DNA of 62,644 nt, filler included, from Piedraia hortae CBS 480.64 (taxonomy: Eukaryota): the NCBI GenBank assembly GCA_010093745.1. It is 5 parts of 5 records of this genome, joined end to end, with 100 filler letters (N's around TTAATTAATTAA, not from the genome) between each part and the next. Parts side by side here need not be neighbours in the genome. Positions count along the whole stretch, not along the records: positions 31,307 to 44,325 come from MU006071.1; positions 44,426 to 57,096 come from MU006072.1; 3 more parts are not named here. One strand, given 5' to 3'. The translations under genes were made by a program, and so were the position numbers. Under the pieces are notes generated by a model. The model was not told where the DNA came from. It did no database searches and was given only the letters and a program-made list of their open reading frames with translations. Shown piece by piece: positions 40,542 to 52,179 of this stretch (the first letter of the stretch is position 1; the number at the start of each line of letters is the position of its first letter).

Positions 40542-43500
40542 GATTGGGCCTCCGCCTGGGTCCGGCCATGCCCGCGGCGATCGAAGACCAGTTCGTACAA
40601 GGCGGGCAGGAAGAAGATGGTGAGCAGCGTCGCGACGATCAGCCCGCCCATGATCGCCACCGCCATCGGCCCCCAGAAGGTCGACCGGGTCAGCGGGATC
40701 ATCGCCAGGATCGCCGCGAGCGCGGTCAGGATGATCGGGCGGAAGCGATGCACCGCCGCCTCGCGCACCGCCTCGCGCAGCGAGCCGGCATGCGCCGACA
40801 GCACGTCGATCTGCGCGATCAGGATCACCGAATTGCGCAGTACCATGCCGAACAGCGACAGGCCGCCGAGCATCGCGACGAAGCCGAACGGGATCTGGAA
40901 CGCCGCCATGATCAGCGCCACGCCGATCAGCGCCAGCGGGCCGGTGGCCAGCACCACCAGCATGCGGCGCACGTCCTGCAACTGGACCATCAGCAGCAGC
41001 ACGATGATGAAGATCGACATCGGCACCGCCGCCAGCGTCGCCTGCCGCGAGATCGCGCTCTGCTCCTGCGTCCCGCCGACGACGATCGAGGCGCCGTCGG
41101 GCAAGGTCGCGCGCAGGTCGTCGAGCTTGGGCGCCAGCCGCTTCATCACCTCGGTCGGCTCGACTCCCTCGGCATCGGCGGAAACGGTGATCGTCGGCTG
41201 GCCGCCGCGCCAGTAGAGGATCGACGGCTCGGCGTTGGGGCGGATGCGCCCGATCTGCGACAGCGGCACCGCGCCCTCGGCCGTGGCGATCGGCAGATTG
41301 TACACGCGGCTGAGATCGGTGCGCTCGGCGCGCGCGAGCCGCATCGTCACGTCGAGCGACCGGTCGCCGTCGCGGAAGGTGGTCGCCACCGCGCCGCCGA
41401 TCGCCGCCTGCAGCGACTGCGCCACCGTCTCGGTCGACAGCCCCAGCGCGCGGACCTTGTCCTGATCCAGCTCGATCCGCATCGTCTTCAGCGGCTCGCC
41501 CAGATCGTCGGTCACGCTGCGCGCATTGGGATCGGCGAGCAGCAATGCCGCGACCTTCTCCGCGAGCGGCGCCGCGGTGGCGAGGTCGCGGGCGGCGACG
41601 CGATACTGGATCGGCTGACCCACCGACGGGCCGTTCTCCAGCCGGCTCACGCGCCCGCGCGCTTCGGGAAAGGAGCTGGCGAACAATTGCTGGAGCCTGG
41701 CGAACACCTCCTCGCGCGCTTCCTCGTCGCGGGTGACGACGACCAGCTCGGCCAGCGCGATGTCCGGCGTCTGCACGTTCAGCGGCAGGTAGAAGCGCGG
41801 CGAGCCGCCCCCGACATAGCTGGTGACGGAAACGATCCGCTCGTCGCCCGCCAGCAGCCGCTCCATCCGCTGCGCCACCGCCTTGGTCTGCTCGAAGCTC
41901 GCATTCTCGTTGAGGTTGAGGTCGACCACCAGTTCGGGTCGTTCGGAGGCGGGAAAGAATTGCTGCGGCACCGCCACGCGGAACAGCAGCACCGATCCCA
42001 CGAACAGGGCCGCGCTCACCCCCACCACCAGCACGCGCCGGTCGAGGCACCAGTCGATCGCGCCGCGCAGCCGGTCGTAGAAGCGCCCGCCATATTGCTC
42101 CTCCGGCTCGCCGGCATCGTCGCGCGCGTCGGGCTTCTGCGGCAGGAGATGATAGGCGAGGAACGGCGTGAAGATCACCGCCACGATCCACGAGATCGCC
42201 AGCGACAGCGCCACCACCTGGAACAGCGATTTCACATATTCGCTCGCCGTCGCCTTGGAGATCGCGAGCGGCAGGAAGCCGACGATCGTGATGATCGTGC
42301 CGATCAGCATCGGGATCGCGGTCACGCGAAAGGCGCTCACCGCCGCCCGCGCGCGCGTCCAGCCCGCCTCCAGATGGCTGCTGATCGATTCGACCACGAT
42401 AATCGCATCGTCCACCAGCAGCCCCAGCGCGACGATCAGCGCGCCCAGCGAAATGCGCTGCAGATCGATTCCCTGATATTCCATGCCGACGAAGGTGATC
42501 GCCAGCACCAGCGGAATGCACAACGCCACCACGATCCCCGGCCGCCAGCCGAGCGAGAGGAAGTTCACCGCCAGCACGATCACGATCGCCTCGATCAGCG
42601 AGCGGGTGAACTCGCCGACCGAATCCGCCACCACATGCGTCTGATCCGACACGGTGTGGATCTTCACGCCCGCCGGCAGCGTCCGGGCATAGTCGCCGAC
42701 GATCCGCGTCAGATCCTCGCCCATCCGGTCGACGTCGCCGGTCGACGCCAGCGCGATGGCGACACCCACCGCATCCTTGCCGCCGAAGCGCATCTGGAAC
42801 GTTGCGGGATTGACCGGCTCGCGCGTCACCCGCGCCACGGCGTCGAGGCGGAACGTCTTGCCGTTGGCGGCGATCGGCGTGGCGGCGATGTCGGCCAGCG
42901 CGTCGAAATCGCCCTTTACGGTCAGGCGCACGCGCTCCGCCCCGAGTTCGAGCACGCCCGAGGGGTTGACCGCATTGGTGCCGCGCAGCGCCTCGACGAT
43001 CTGCTGGCTCGACACCCCCAGCATCGCCAGCCGCGCGCTGTCGTAGGTGACATAGACCGCCTCGTCCTGCTCGCCGAGCAGGTCGACCTTGCCGACGTCG
43101 GGCTGCCGCATCACGCGATCACGCAGTTCCTCGGCGTAGCGGCGCAGCGTCGGATAGGCGAAGCCGTCGCCGGTGACCGCATAGATGTTGCCGAAGGTGG
43201 TGCCGAACTCATCGTTGAACTGCGGCCCGACCACATCGTCGGGCAGGTCGCCGCGATGATCCGCCACCGTCTTGCGCACGGTGTACCACAGGTCGGGGAT
43301 GCTGCCCGCCGGCGTGGTCGGCAGCAAGGTGATGTTCAACGTCGCCTGGCCCGGGCGCGCCTTGCTGCGGATATAGTCGATGTCGGGAATGTTGGTGGTC
43401 AGCGCCTGTTCGATCGGCTTCACCACCTGTTCGGCCACTTCCTGCGCCGAGGCGCCGGGCCAGCCGACGCTGATCAGCATCGACTTGACCGCGAACTCGG

Positions 43501-43621
43501 GATCTTCCTTGCGGCCCAGGTTGAGGTACGACATCGCCCCCATCACCACCGCGACCGCGATCAGGAAGCCGACGAACTGCTGGTGGCGCAGCGCCCATTC
43601 GGACAGGTTGGGCAATTTCAT
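40538..43621 (-). CDS. RND efflux transporter permease subunit (AcrB/AcrD/AcrF family)
   Basis: NLSEWALR, GRKEDP, WPGASAQEV, FNDEFG, ALGLLVDDAII, RFRPIILTALAAILAMIPL. Confidence 0.95.
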   Translation of the reverse strand: MKLPNLSEWALRHQQFVGFLIAVAVVMGAMSYLNLGRKEDPEFAVKSMLISVGWPGASAQEVAEQVVKPIEQALTTNIPDIDYIRSKARPGQATLNITLLPTTPAGSIPDLWYTVRKTVADHRGDLPDDVVGPQFNDEFGTTFGNIYAVTGDGFAYPTLRRYAEELRDRVMRQPDVGKVDLLGEQDEAVYVTYDSARLAMLGVSSQQIVEALRGTNAVNPSGVLELGAERVRLTVKGDFDALADIAATPIAANGKTFRLDAVARVTREPVNPATFQMRFGGKDAVGVAIALASTGDVDRMGEDLTRIVGDYARTLPAGVKIHTVSDQTHVVADSVGEFTRSLIEAIVIVLAVNFLSLGWRPGIVVALCIPLVLAITFVGMEYQGIDLQRISLGALIVALGLLVDDAIIVVESISSHLEAGWTRARAAVSAFRVTAIPMLIGTIITIVGFLPLAISKATASEYVKSLFQVVALSLAISWIVAVIFTPFLAYHLLPQKPDARDDAGEPEEQYGGRFYDRLRGAIDWCLDRRVLVVGVSAALFVGSVLLFRVAVPQQFFPASERPELVVDLNLNENASFEQTKAVAQRMERLLAGDERIVSVTSYVGGGSPRFYLPLNVQTPDIALAELVVVTRDEEAREEVFARLQQLFASSFPEARGRVSRLENGPSVGQPIQYRVAARDLATAAPLAEKVAALLLADPNARSVTDDLGEPLKTMRIELDQDKVRALGLSTETVAQSLQAAIGGAVATTFRDGDRSLDVTMRLARAERTDLSRVYNLPIATAEGAVPLSQIGRIRPNAEPSILYWRGGQPTITVSADAEGVEPTEVMKRLAPKLDDLRATLPDGASIVVGGTQEQSAISRQATLAAVPMSIFIIVLLLMVQLQDVRRMLVVLATGPLALIGVALIMAAFQIPFGFVAMLGGLSLFGMVLRNSVILIAQIDVLSAHAGSLREAVREAAVHRFRPIILTALAAILAMIPLTRSTFWGPMAVAIMGGLIVATLLTIFFLPALYELVFDRRGHGRTQAEAQS

Positions 43622-44325
43622 GCCTTGGGCACCTCGGCAATCCGCACCTTCTCGCCCTCGCGCAGCAGGTGGACGCCGGCCGTCACGATCGTCTCGCCGG
43701 GCCTGAGGCCGCGCACGAGCAGCTGGTTGCCGCTCGCCGAGACGATCCGCACCGGGCGCTTGCGCGCGGTCATGCTGGCGCGGTCGATCACCCACACCAT
43801 GGTTCCCTTGCCCTCGCCGCGCACCGCCGTCAGCGGCACGGTGAGCGCGTCGGTCGCGGGGACGTCGCGCGTGACATGCACCTGCGCGGTTTCGCCGAAG
43901 CGCAGCTCGCCGGGCGGCGCGCTGACCGCCAGCCGCACGGCAAAGGTGCGCGTCGCGGGATCGGCGGCGCCCGCCACGCTGCGGACCCGCGCCGCATAGC
44001 GTTTGTCGGGCCGCGACCACATCGTTACGTAGATCTCCTGCGTGCGCGACAGCGTGGCGACGTCGCCTTCCGCCACCGCGATCGACACCTCGGGCCTGGA
44101 CGGATCGGCCAGCGTCAGCACGCTCTGCCCGGCGCTGACCACCTGCCCCACCTCGCCGGTCGTCTGGGTGATGACGCCGCCACGCGGCGCGGTCAGCGTG
44201 GTGCGGCCGAGCTGCGTGGCGGCGGTTGCGCGTTGCGCATCGGCGACCTGCACCTGCGAGCGCGCCTGGTCGGTCGAGGCGCGCTGCTGATCGAATTCCG
44301 CCTGCGAGATGAACCCTTCGGCCAG
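43618..44325 (-). CDS. RND membrane-fusion (periplasmic adaptor) protein, 3' part
   Basis: TTLTAPRGGVI..GEVGQVVSAGQ, ADPATRTF, GLRPGETIVTAGVHLL; ATGA overlap with RND. Confidence 0.92.
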   Translation of the reverse strand: MAEGFISQAEFDQQRASTDQARSQVQVADAQRATAATQLGRTTLTAPRGGVITQTTGEVGQVVSAGQSVLTLADPSRPEVSIAVAEGDVATLSRTQEIYVTMWSRPDKRYAARVRSVAGAADPATRTFAVRLAVSAPPGELRFGETAQVHVTRDVPATDALTVPLTAVRGEGKGTMVWVIDRASMTARKRPVRIVSASGNQLLVRGLRPGETIVTAGVHLLREGEKVRIAEVPKA

Positions 44326-44425
44326 NNNNNNNNNNNNNNNNNNNNNNNNNNNNNNNNNNNNNNNNNNNNTTAATTAATTAANNNNNNNNNNNNNNNNNNN
44401 NNNNNNNNNNNNNNNNNNNNNNNNN
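44326..44425. other. Artificial contig linker
   Basis: N + TTAATTAATTAA + N. Confidence 0.99.
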
Positions 44426-44465
44426 GTTACTAATAATGCGCGTAATATACCGCATATTCACAACA
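44426..44465 (-). mobile_element. Partial LTR, family A, abutting velvet coding sequence
   Basis: Identical to 56-95. Confidence 0.9.
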
Positions 44466-45896
44466 GCTAGCTATTTCCTCTTCGCAACGCTCGAGTCCGT
44501 GCCTCCGCCAGACGATGCAGGCCCGACCCGCCAGACCCACGAGAGCCATCCGCAGCGGCTCACCGTGCTGACTGGCACGCCGGTGGCCGGCATTATCCAT
44601 CTCGACCGCCCCAGTCCTGCCGGCTACTTTGTCTTTCCCGATCTCTCGGTGCGTCATGAGGGCTACTACCGCCTCAAATTCAGCCTTTTTGAGGGCCTCA
44701 AGGATATGAATTCCGACACAGGGCCTGAGACGCAGGGCGAAACGGCGCATGTCACGAACCGCCTCGAGGTTCATTCAACCGTTTTCTTAGTCTTCAGCGC
44801 CAAGCGATTCCCTGGTCTTACCGAGAGCACTGCCCTGAGCCGCCTGATAGCCGAGCAGGGCTGCCGAGTGCGTATTCGCCGCGATGCGAGGGTCCGCAGG
44901 CGTGGAGATCCCAAAAAGGCCGAAGAAGCTGACGCTGACGCGGACGACGAGGTCCCTTCTCCCGCGACGGCGGAGCCTCCCATGGCCCCGCCGCGCCGCC
45001 CGTCTTCACCATCCATGTTTGGTGTTCCATTGACCTCTGGGCCTCCCACACCCGGCGTCCAGTCCCATCCCCATCCCTTTTCCCAGGCCCAGCACGACTT
45101 CATCACTTCGTTCCCACCCCAAGCTCCCCGTCAGCTCTATCCACCCCCCTACATGACACCCTCTCCTACCACTACGGCACCCCCATATACGCCTGTTGGA
45201 CATGTGTATGGCGAAAGTCGCCGCATGTCGATGCCGACAGGCTCCATGGGCAATATGCTTCCAGTGGCGCGTCCAGTGCAGCAACAGCCGTACAACTGCG
45301 GCCACGCCCTCTCATATGCCCCGCAGCCGCAATACTCCAGTGAGTTGAGGCGCAGCTCGTATCAGGGCTATCCAATGGATCATATGGAACCGCTTGCTCC
45401 AATGCCCACTTTTGTATCGTCTCAGCCGGGATATGAGCCACGGAGGCTGCCCGACCCAACCTACAGCATTCCACAATCCGCACACCAAGCACATCCACCC
45501 TTCTATCATTCTGAGACATCTCTCAATGAATCACGCAAGCGCAGCTTCGCAGAATCATTCCCGGAGGCGGACCAAGTTATACGGGGCCCCTTGATGCACG
45601 GTGCTCGCCCTGACAATGCGCCGAGTAATGAGTTCCAAAAGCGTACGCCCTTGACGAGTTCTGTGCATCCCGAAGTCGACCAAATCGGTGGGTTCCTTAC
45701 TCATGCCTCCCATCCAGAAGATGTACAAACGGACAGCGAATCCGCCTACGACTTCTCTTCGGAGCTTCAAGACTCGAATTATATCAGCAGAATACCCCGT
45801 CGAGGTGATGAATTGGACTTCAGCAATCGAAATCTGCTCTACAGAAGCGCTAACGGCAAACCCATCGGTCGCTCGATTCACGATGTAATCACATGA
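44466..45896 (+). CDS. veA: Velvet-domain regulator, VeA-like, 5' part cut off by an LTR
   Basis: ASYFLFATLE, VLTGTPVAG..HLDRPSPAGYFVFPDLSVRHEGYYRLKFSLFE, RLEV.S..F.VFSAKRFPGLTESTALSRLIAEQGCRVRIRRD; C-terminal RKRSF and LLYRSANG. Confidence 0.85.
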   Translation, partial: ASYFLFATLESVPPPDDAGPTRQTHESHPQRLTVLTGTPVAGIIHLDRPSPAGYFVFPDLSVRHEGYYRLKFSLFEGLKDMNSDTGPETQGETAHVTNRLEVHSTVFLVFSAKRFPGLTESTALSRLIAEQGCRVRIRRDARVRRRGDPKKAEEADADADDEVPSPATAEPPMAPPRRPSSPSMFGVPLTSGPPTPGVQSHPHPFSQAQHDFITSFPPQAPRQLYPPPYMTPSPTTTAPPYTPVGHVYGESRRMSMPTGSMGNMLPVARPVQQQPYNCGHALSYAPQPQYSSELRRSSYQGYPMDHMEPLAPMPTFVSSQPGYEPRRLPDPTYSIPQSAHQAHPPFYHSETSLNESRKRSFAESFPEADQVIRGPLMHGARPDNAPSNEFQKRTPLTSSVHPEVDQIGGFLTHASHPEDVQTDSESAYDFSSELQDSNYISRIPRRGDELDFSNRNLLYRSANGKPIGRSIHDVIT

Positions 45897-47606
45897 TCTT
45901 CCGCAACCGTAACACGCGGCTGCGTTGGGAACCTAGTCCTTATTGATTTGGATATCATTCTTTAAGCATCTTACCTAAACAACAGCTTGGTGACTCGGTA
46001 AAAGCTGCTGGGGTTTTGTTAGCCACGATTTCGCATGGCAATAAAAGTTTACAGTATGGAAAGTGTTTGAACCAGGAAATATTCCAAAGAGGCGCAAGCG
46101 AGCGGTCTGAGTCCAGCTCATGTCATATGTATCGGATGAAACCTATGTTTGCCAAGAGGAAGCTTCAGAAGTCCTCATGCATCCGTTTATTTGGTAGCCA
46201 CGGCCCTTGCCCCATCTCTTGGTTCACCGCGAGGGAGTTAAATCAGTGACTTGGATGCAGCATGAATGATCTAGAAGGCCCCGTCCGGCGGAAAGTTCAG
46301 GAGACTATGCTAACGCTTTTAGTCTCCAGCACATCTCTTGTGTTTCTCTTCGAACAATGGAAGCCCTGTTTCATGACCCCATAGACTGACGTCTTTGCAG
46401 GAAACAAGGCATTTATATCGCTTTCCATAAAGGAGCGCAATGTCTAGCGCTCAGCCAGATGTATCTTTTTGCATGTAAGCGGACATGATAGCTGCAATCA
46501 GTTGTTGCAGCGTCCTTAGATCCCCGTCCTCGACCTCTTCCTTTTCACAAGCCATCACTACTCAAGACCAAACTTATCCCATCTGGTTGTATGGTTACGA
46601 TGTCATGAAATGGCGGGACCAGCGTTGAGACCGTTTGGACGGTTAGTAAAACCGTTGCAAAAGTGGCACTGCGGGAGACTATCACTGACAGATGTGTCCC
46701 AAGTCATAGAAAGATGTTATCGACCCTGAACTATTGGCTGTAGACTCTTCTATGATCTCTAGGGCCAAGTGCTTGAACACGGCATACCTATTGGCTGGGT
46801 TTGCAACAGCTTCATAGCTTTAGCAGCCACGCGGTTAGTTGTATACTACACAAAGATAGGCTAGAATATCACCTCGGTTGCTAGTCTTCGAAATTAATCG
46901 ATCGTGATCACACTTTTTCTATCCTGTGTCATCATTACACCGTTTTTATAATCTTATGTTGGTCAACCGTCTTTATTATCCTGGTCCCACTTGGATCTTT
47001 GTAACGCTCAAAGAAATGGAACAGATCAATCAGCTGTACCAGAGCGTCGGACGACGGGCTCGAGTTGAAGAATCAGCCATACCTGATCCAAGCTAGCCAT
47101 GCGAGGGCCAATGTAACAATGTTGATGTAATCGATGGATATGACTGTGGCACTTCATTGATGAGACTGCCGGCGTATGTCTTTTTGAGTTTCAAAGGCAA
47201 GAGGAGGCTAGGAGGTGTTACAACGTCTATGCGGACCGCAATGGTTTAAGCATCCCGTGAAAAAGCCACTCTCAAGGGCAGACCGTATACCAACTGGGTA
47301 CTGCGTCCCAAAATGGCTGGCGGTTGACGAGAACGCAATCACCTTGCTGTAGTAATGGGCTGCTTCGTGGGAATCGAGGAACTCATGAACCTGAACCTTG
47401 CACAAATGATCAAAATCTGCCTGCACTATGAATGAATACCCGGTTGATCTTGACCTCAGCATGCGTCTTTCACAACCCATAGAGAACCAAAACCACTCTC
47501 GTAACCAATCTATGTTGCGACAGGCCAAGCCACCACAGAGTCTTCCAATCTCAAACAATTCTACCCTTGTAGGCGTGTTTTACACAGCAGTTTGGCATGG
47601 GTTTAC

Positions 47607-47966
47607 TGTAGGTATTTAGTTCTCGTGGGTGAGAGTGCACAGCGACCCGAAGAGGGCGGAGCGATAGACGGAAACAGGGACAGGAAAGATGTAGATGTGT
47701 GTAAGTCAAAATACCAGTTGCAGCATGGTAGTGTGAATGACTATTTTCAATAAGGGGACGTTCAGAATGAAAATTCTGTTCCGGTGGGCCGGTGACGTCA
47801 CGTCGTACACTAGCGGGGCGTATTCACCATGTCACATATGACATGACCCTGAGGGAAAACCTCTGTGAGGCAAAAACCTAGGGTGCAGCTGGTAGTGTAG
47901 GAGGTATCGCTGACTTGCTATGCAAGTGCCCTGCATACGCGCTAGCGGCGATGCTTGAATCCAACA
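47607..47966 (-). mobile_element. Solo LTR, family B
   Basis: TGTAG...CCAACA with exact TSD TTTAC (47602-47606 and 47967-47971). Confidence 0.93.
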
Positions 47967-48899
47967 TTTACAACATGAAACTGTACATTACCGTTTGCAT
48001 AATGCACATATACATTACGCATGATGCAATGCACAATCATATGCGCATGCAGCTGTGTGATTGTCTTTCGGCCGTAGTACTTATACCACGGACAACTTCA
48101 CGGAGACAGACAGTGTGTGAGTCTATACTTGAGCTCATTTTTTAAACCACCAACTCTCCTCAAGAAGTAGGTACTATTCTGGCTTTGGAAACCCCACAGC
48201 TGGATACTTGCTCGGATTACCAATTCAAGTCACGTGACACGCCTTGTTTGATGAGGATCACTTCACGCTTCCTCATCAAGGATGCGACTACGTGGAATGG
48301 ATTGAGGGTCCCGTAGGCTCTCTTGTCACAGATTGCCTTTTTCTGTTAAGAAAAACAGTTCCCGAAAAACATTGGGAATTCAGAAACTGCTGTGCTACTA
48401 GCGTGGAGTGTTCCTGTTGAGTTTGTGAATGGCAGCCTGCGGACGTAAGAGCACTGTTATGAAAACTGTGACTTTTCTCACTACCGAAGAATCTGGAACT
48501 TGACCACCGTCCCAAAGATAATTGTGCAGCGTTGATATAGATTCACGCATGATGATACCATTCTGGTGTCGACACAGAGCGTAACCCTAGGCTGCTAAAG
48601 AGTTGACCGTCTCAACTGAGGCCGTTGAGCCTATATAATGACCTTCCAAGCAGTTGAATCATTTCAACGATACCATCCAGTTGCTTGCTCAACGATATTG
48701 CCATGTCCTTCAGGACCAGGTTATTCACGAATGGACTTGAATACATGTTGCAGCTTCTACATGCAACAATTCAGCCTGCATACACAAAGATTTTGATATT
48801 CGGACCACAAGAAGCTACATAAGTGAAAAGGTCTGGGTCTCTGTTCAACTATCCGTCACCTATTCAAAGTTTTTAGGAAGACCTAATTACTAATGTTTA

Positions 48900-49570
48900 C
48901 CCCACTGCGTAGAACTGGACTTGAGAATTGCATCCGATTGCATATCGATGGCGATAATTGATCCCAGCGCAAATCAGATACAGCGCACGTAAACGAGAGT
49001 TGGCCGCCGTTGCTCTAGCGCCGGTCCACTGGCGACATTGGATTGAAGGTTCTGATATCACAGTGATAGCTGACCACGGATCCTTGGTGACGATAGACAC
49101 CAAGTGCGACCTTTTGACCCGTCCAATGTCTTGAAAACCTTTATCACGAGGAAGAAGAAAAGTGCATGTGATATGGCTATTGAGTTGCATCAGAGAGGGG
49201 TGAGAAAACGGTCCTTATGGATCTAATTCACAGAACAGTGGGCGTAACGATGCGCACTTGCACCCAATTCCACGTGATGCGGCCCCCGTTGCACCTGTCG
49301 GAAGAGTTCAAGCCTACTTCACCCCTGTGCTGCTGGGCAATGGATTTCACAGGACCAGTGGCCGGTTATGACACTCTCAATGCTATTGACCACGGCACTG
49401 GCGGGGTTGAGAGTGCATTGACGCCATACCAACAGGTAACCACGGTCATGTACTTTTTTGACGGCTTGGGTAGCTTTTTCTCTGGGACAAAAGTCTCCTT
49501 GCACCGGAATTTTGTAAGTTATCGAGGAATGAATCTGGTCGTCCCAATTGAACCGGACTGGTGCTGATTC
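48900..49570 (+). mobile_element. Degenerate Ty3/gypsy pol (RNase H then integrase)
   Basis: LHPIAY...RYSARKRELAAV...HWRHWIEGSDITVIADHGSL (RNase H), then WAMDFTGP...LNAIDHGTG (integrase core), with stops and frameshifts. Confidence 0.82.
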
Positions 49571-50183
49571 GGAGGTGTAAACACCTCATAGCAAACAGTC
49601 TTGTAGCTGTAGATAATACAGTCAACAACATTACTGTTTGAAATCATGGCTGAGGTGAAACATTCAAACACACTGCAAGGCTTTCACTCAATTATTTTAA
49701 TGTCGAGCAAGCTTCCGCCCTTACTGCGACATGCAAGTTGTTGGTAAAATAGTTGTTTATATAACCTCCACGTATTACATTTGGAAACACTGTCCTCTAA
49801 AACTAGAATGAGAGAGTATATATGGATCGGATGGTGCACGATTCCATGGAGAGATGAGCATATGAGTTGTTTGCAGACCACTGTTCCGTCGATCGCACAT
49901 GTTTGTGAATGACCTTCTGTGAAAAAACAGCATTGACCTCTCCAGTGGACAGAGTCACCCACAAGCGAACTCTTTCAAGCAGGGTTGATCTTCTGAACAA
50001 AATCATGGTTCCAAACCCAAAAACCCATTACCAAGTACCACCCATCTCCAGAGATAGAACACCCGAGTCTTCCATCCCAATGGCCAAAAACACCAAAAAT
50101 GTCGTCCAACAATCAAACAGCAAGGCATTACTTTCTAGAGGACAAAACAACTGAGCACAAAGTTTTGAAAACATTCCAAACCC

Positions 50184-50546
50184 TGTAGAGATTTAGATCT
50201 CGTGGGTGAGAGTGCACAGCGACCCGAAGAGGACGGAGCGATAGACGGAATCAGGGACAGGAAACATGTAGATGTATGTGAGTCAAAAATACCAGTTGCA
50301 GTATGGTAGTGTCAATTGACTATTTTAATGTGAGGGGACGTTCAGAATGAAAATTCTGTACCGGTGGGCCGGTGACGTCACGTCGTACACTAGCGGGGCG
50401 TATTCACCATGTCACATATGACATGACCCTGAGGGAAAACCTCTGTGAGGGAAAAACCTAGGGTGCAGCTGGTAGTGTAGGAGGTATCGCTGACTTGCTA
50501 TGCAAGTGCCCTGCATACGCGCTAGCAGCGATGCTTGAATCCAACA
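50184..50546 (-). mobile_element. LTR, family B
   Basis: Near-identical to 47607-47966 and the reverse complement of 26789-27150; no TSD. Confidence 0.9.
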
Positions 50547-52035
50547 TGTATTAGATTACCCTTCTCAAACCAATCAGCTTCTTTCTCAATTTCTCCCAGG
50601 TTGAGGGAGCGATCGACGTTGTTACCGTGAGCCATGATGACAATTATCAATATCTGGCCATCGGCCCTGCAGGATTTGCCTCAGTCATGAGACGCGAGGC
50701 AAATCACTTCTTTCGAGTCCCGCGGCTGACGATCACCACATCATCTCCAAGGCTTTTTCAACGTCCTCGCTTAGGACAAATTTTCTTTCCTCGTGTGGAT
50801 TGCCATGAAGGTAAATCGTCGGAGGGGTGAATCTCCGAGGACTAAAGTGGAACGTATATCAACGACAAATGTGTGCACTCAACTTTGACCAAAAGGTGAA
50901 TGTGGATGTCTCTCCCTATGTGAGATGACGTTCGAAACCTTCTCCACACTCCCTCAGTCTGACCGTATTTTCCAGGACAACGTCAGCGAACCATGCCCTT
51001 AAGCATGAACGAGACAATGACCCGTCTCAGGAAAAACTTCCTCTATAGAGGTAAAAACCCTGAGAAGTTTCGACTTCTATCTACAGTTCTGGTCATGGTG
51101 GGTGCCACATCCTTCTGACATAAATTCTGTGCGTGGCCACAAGATCCCGGGGGTTAACTGTATGCAGCCAGATTTGGTCTTGGCACACCACTTCGAAGTG
51201 GTTCTGCATGGCGCAGAAATCTGAGACAAACTAACCGTCTACATTCAGGTCACAGCCATGTTTCGTCTCTCTGTGCGTTCCACCCTCTTCAAAATCGTCT
51301 TCGACACAGCTCCGCAACGAGTCTTGTATGCCGCACACAGCGAAAATGCGAGCATTCTTTTCGGAATTACGGCGTGTATTGTGGTGGGTCGATCGCAATC
51401 TACTATCGTCACAGCAGAGGAAAAACACAGGACTTGGAAAATCAGACAATCTCAGCTTGTGGCTAGGTCGATCACGAAACTTGCATCCATGAGGGGCATG
51501 ATGATAAGTAGGTGAGGGTCGAGCGACAATCCTGTCCGCTGTAATGGTTTTCGTGATAGTAGGCCAAGTAATCCTCCGAGATCAGGTTTTGTGGCTTAGT
51601 CTCGAGGCAAACAAATCAGGAGCTATAGCTCCTGGGTATAGCAGTTACCTTGCCTTTGTGGATGGTACCGGCTTCTTAAAATCCATGACAATGAAGAGGA
51701 TGTTTGTCCGTAAAAAGACGTCACATAATTTCATGGTGTGGGCAGAGTGCGGCAGGCATTCTCACGCTTGAAATCTGCGATGAGTTTGTCCAAATCGTTC
51801 CTCTCCCGCCTACTGTTAGGATCGTGGTAGGGCTGATGCGACAGGAATCGGCCAACCCCCGAGCGCGACTCTTCATCTGAAAGAGTGTTTTATTTGCCTT
51901 CTATGACCTCGATGATGGCTTTCTCGAATGCGGGATTTTCAACGATCCTTGCGTGTTCGTCCCGATACGGCCTGAATTGGGGTGATCGAGCATCACCTCA
52001 TCTAACAAGATTCTGAGATATTTTGTCACCCTGTC

Positions 52036-52060
52036 AAAAAAAAAAAAAAAAAAAAAAAAA
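52036..52060. repeat. A25 homopolymer
   Basis: 25 consecutive A. Confidence 0.95.
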
Positions 52061-52179
52061 CGCAAGCGTTGTGTTGCAGGCTTCTTCAAGTGTCCTGTGA
52101 TGCAACGGCTTCGGCAGAAGTTCTGCGATCTTAGGGTCCTGCTTATCCAAGGAAGGGAGCAACTCACAAAAGCCCTTGT

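Noticed and set aside
40544..43999. 1151-aa plus-strand ORF and other long ORFs antisense or off-frame to the efflux genes
   Set aside because: Shadow ORFs from high-GC codon bias; Arg/His-rich with no motifs. The 1105-aa and 1160-aa ORFs are upstream over-extensions of TolC and RND.
47112..47222. TGTAACA...TGTTACA bounded 111-bp segment, possible solo LTR
   Set aside because: No TSD and no second copy; not enough support.
47607..50546. Two same-orientation family B LTRs enclosing gypsy pol remnants, resembling one full element
   Set aside because: The left LTR has its own exact TSD (TTTAC on both sides), so it is an independent solo insertion; the right flank (TGTAT) does not match.
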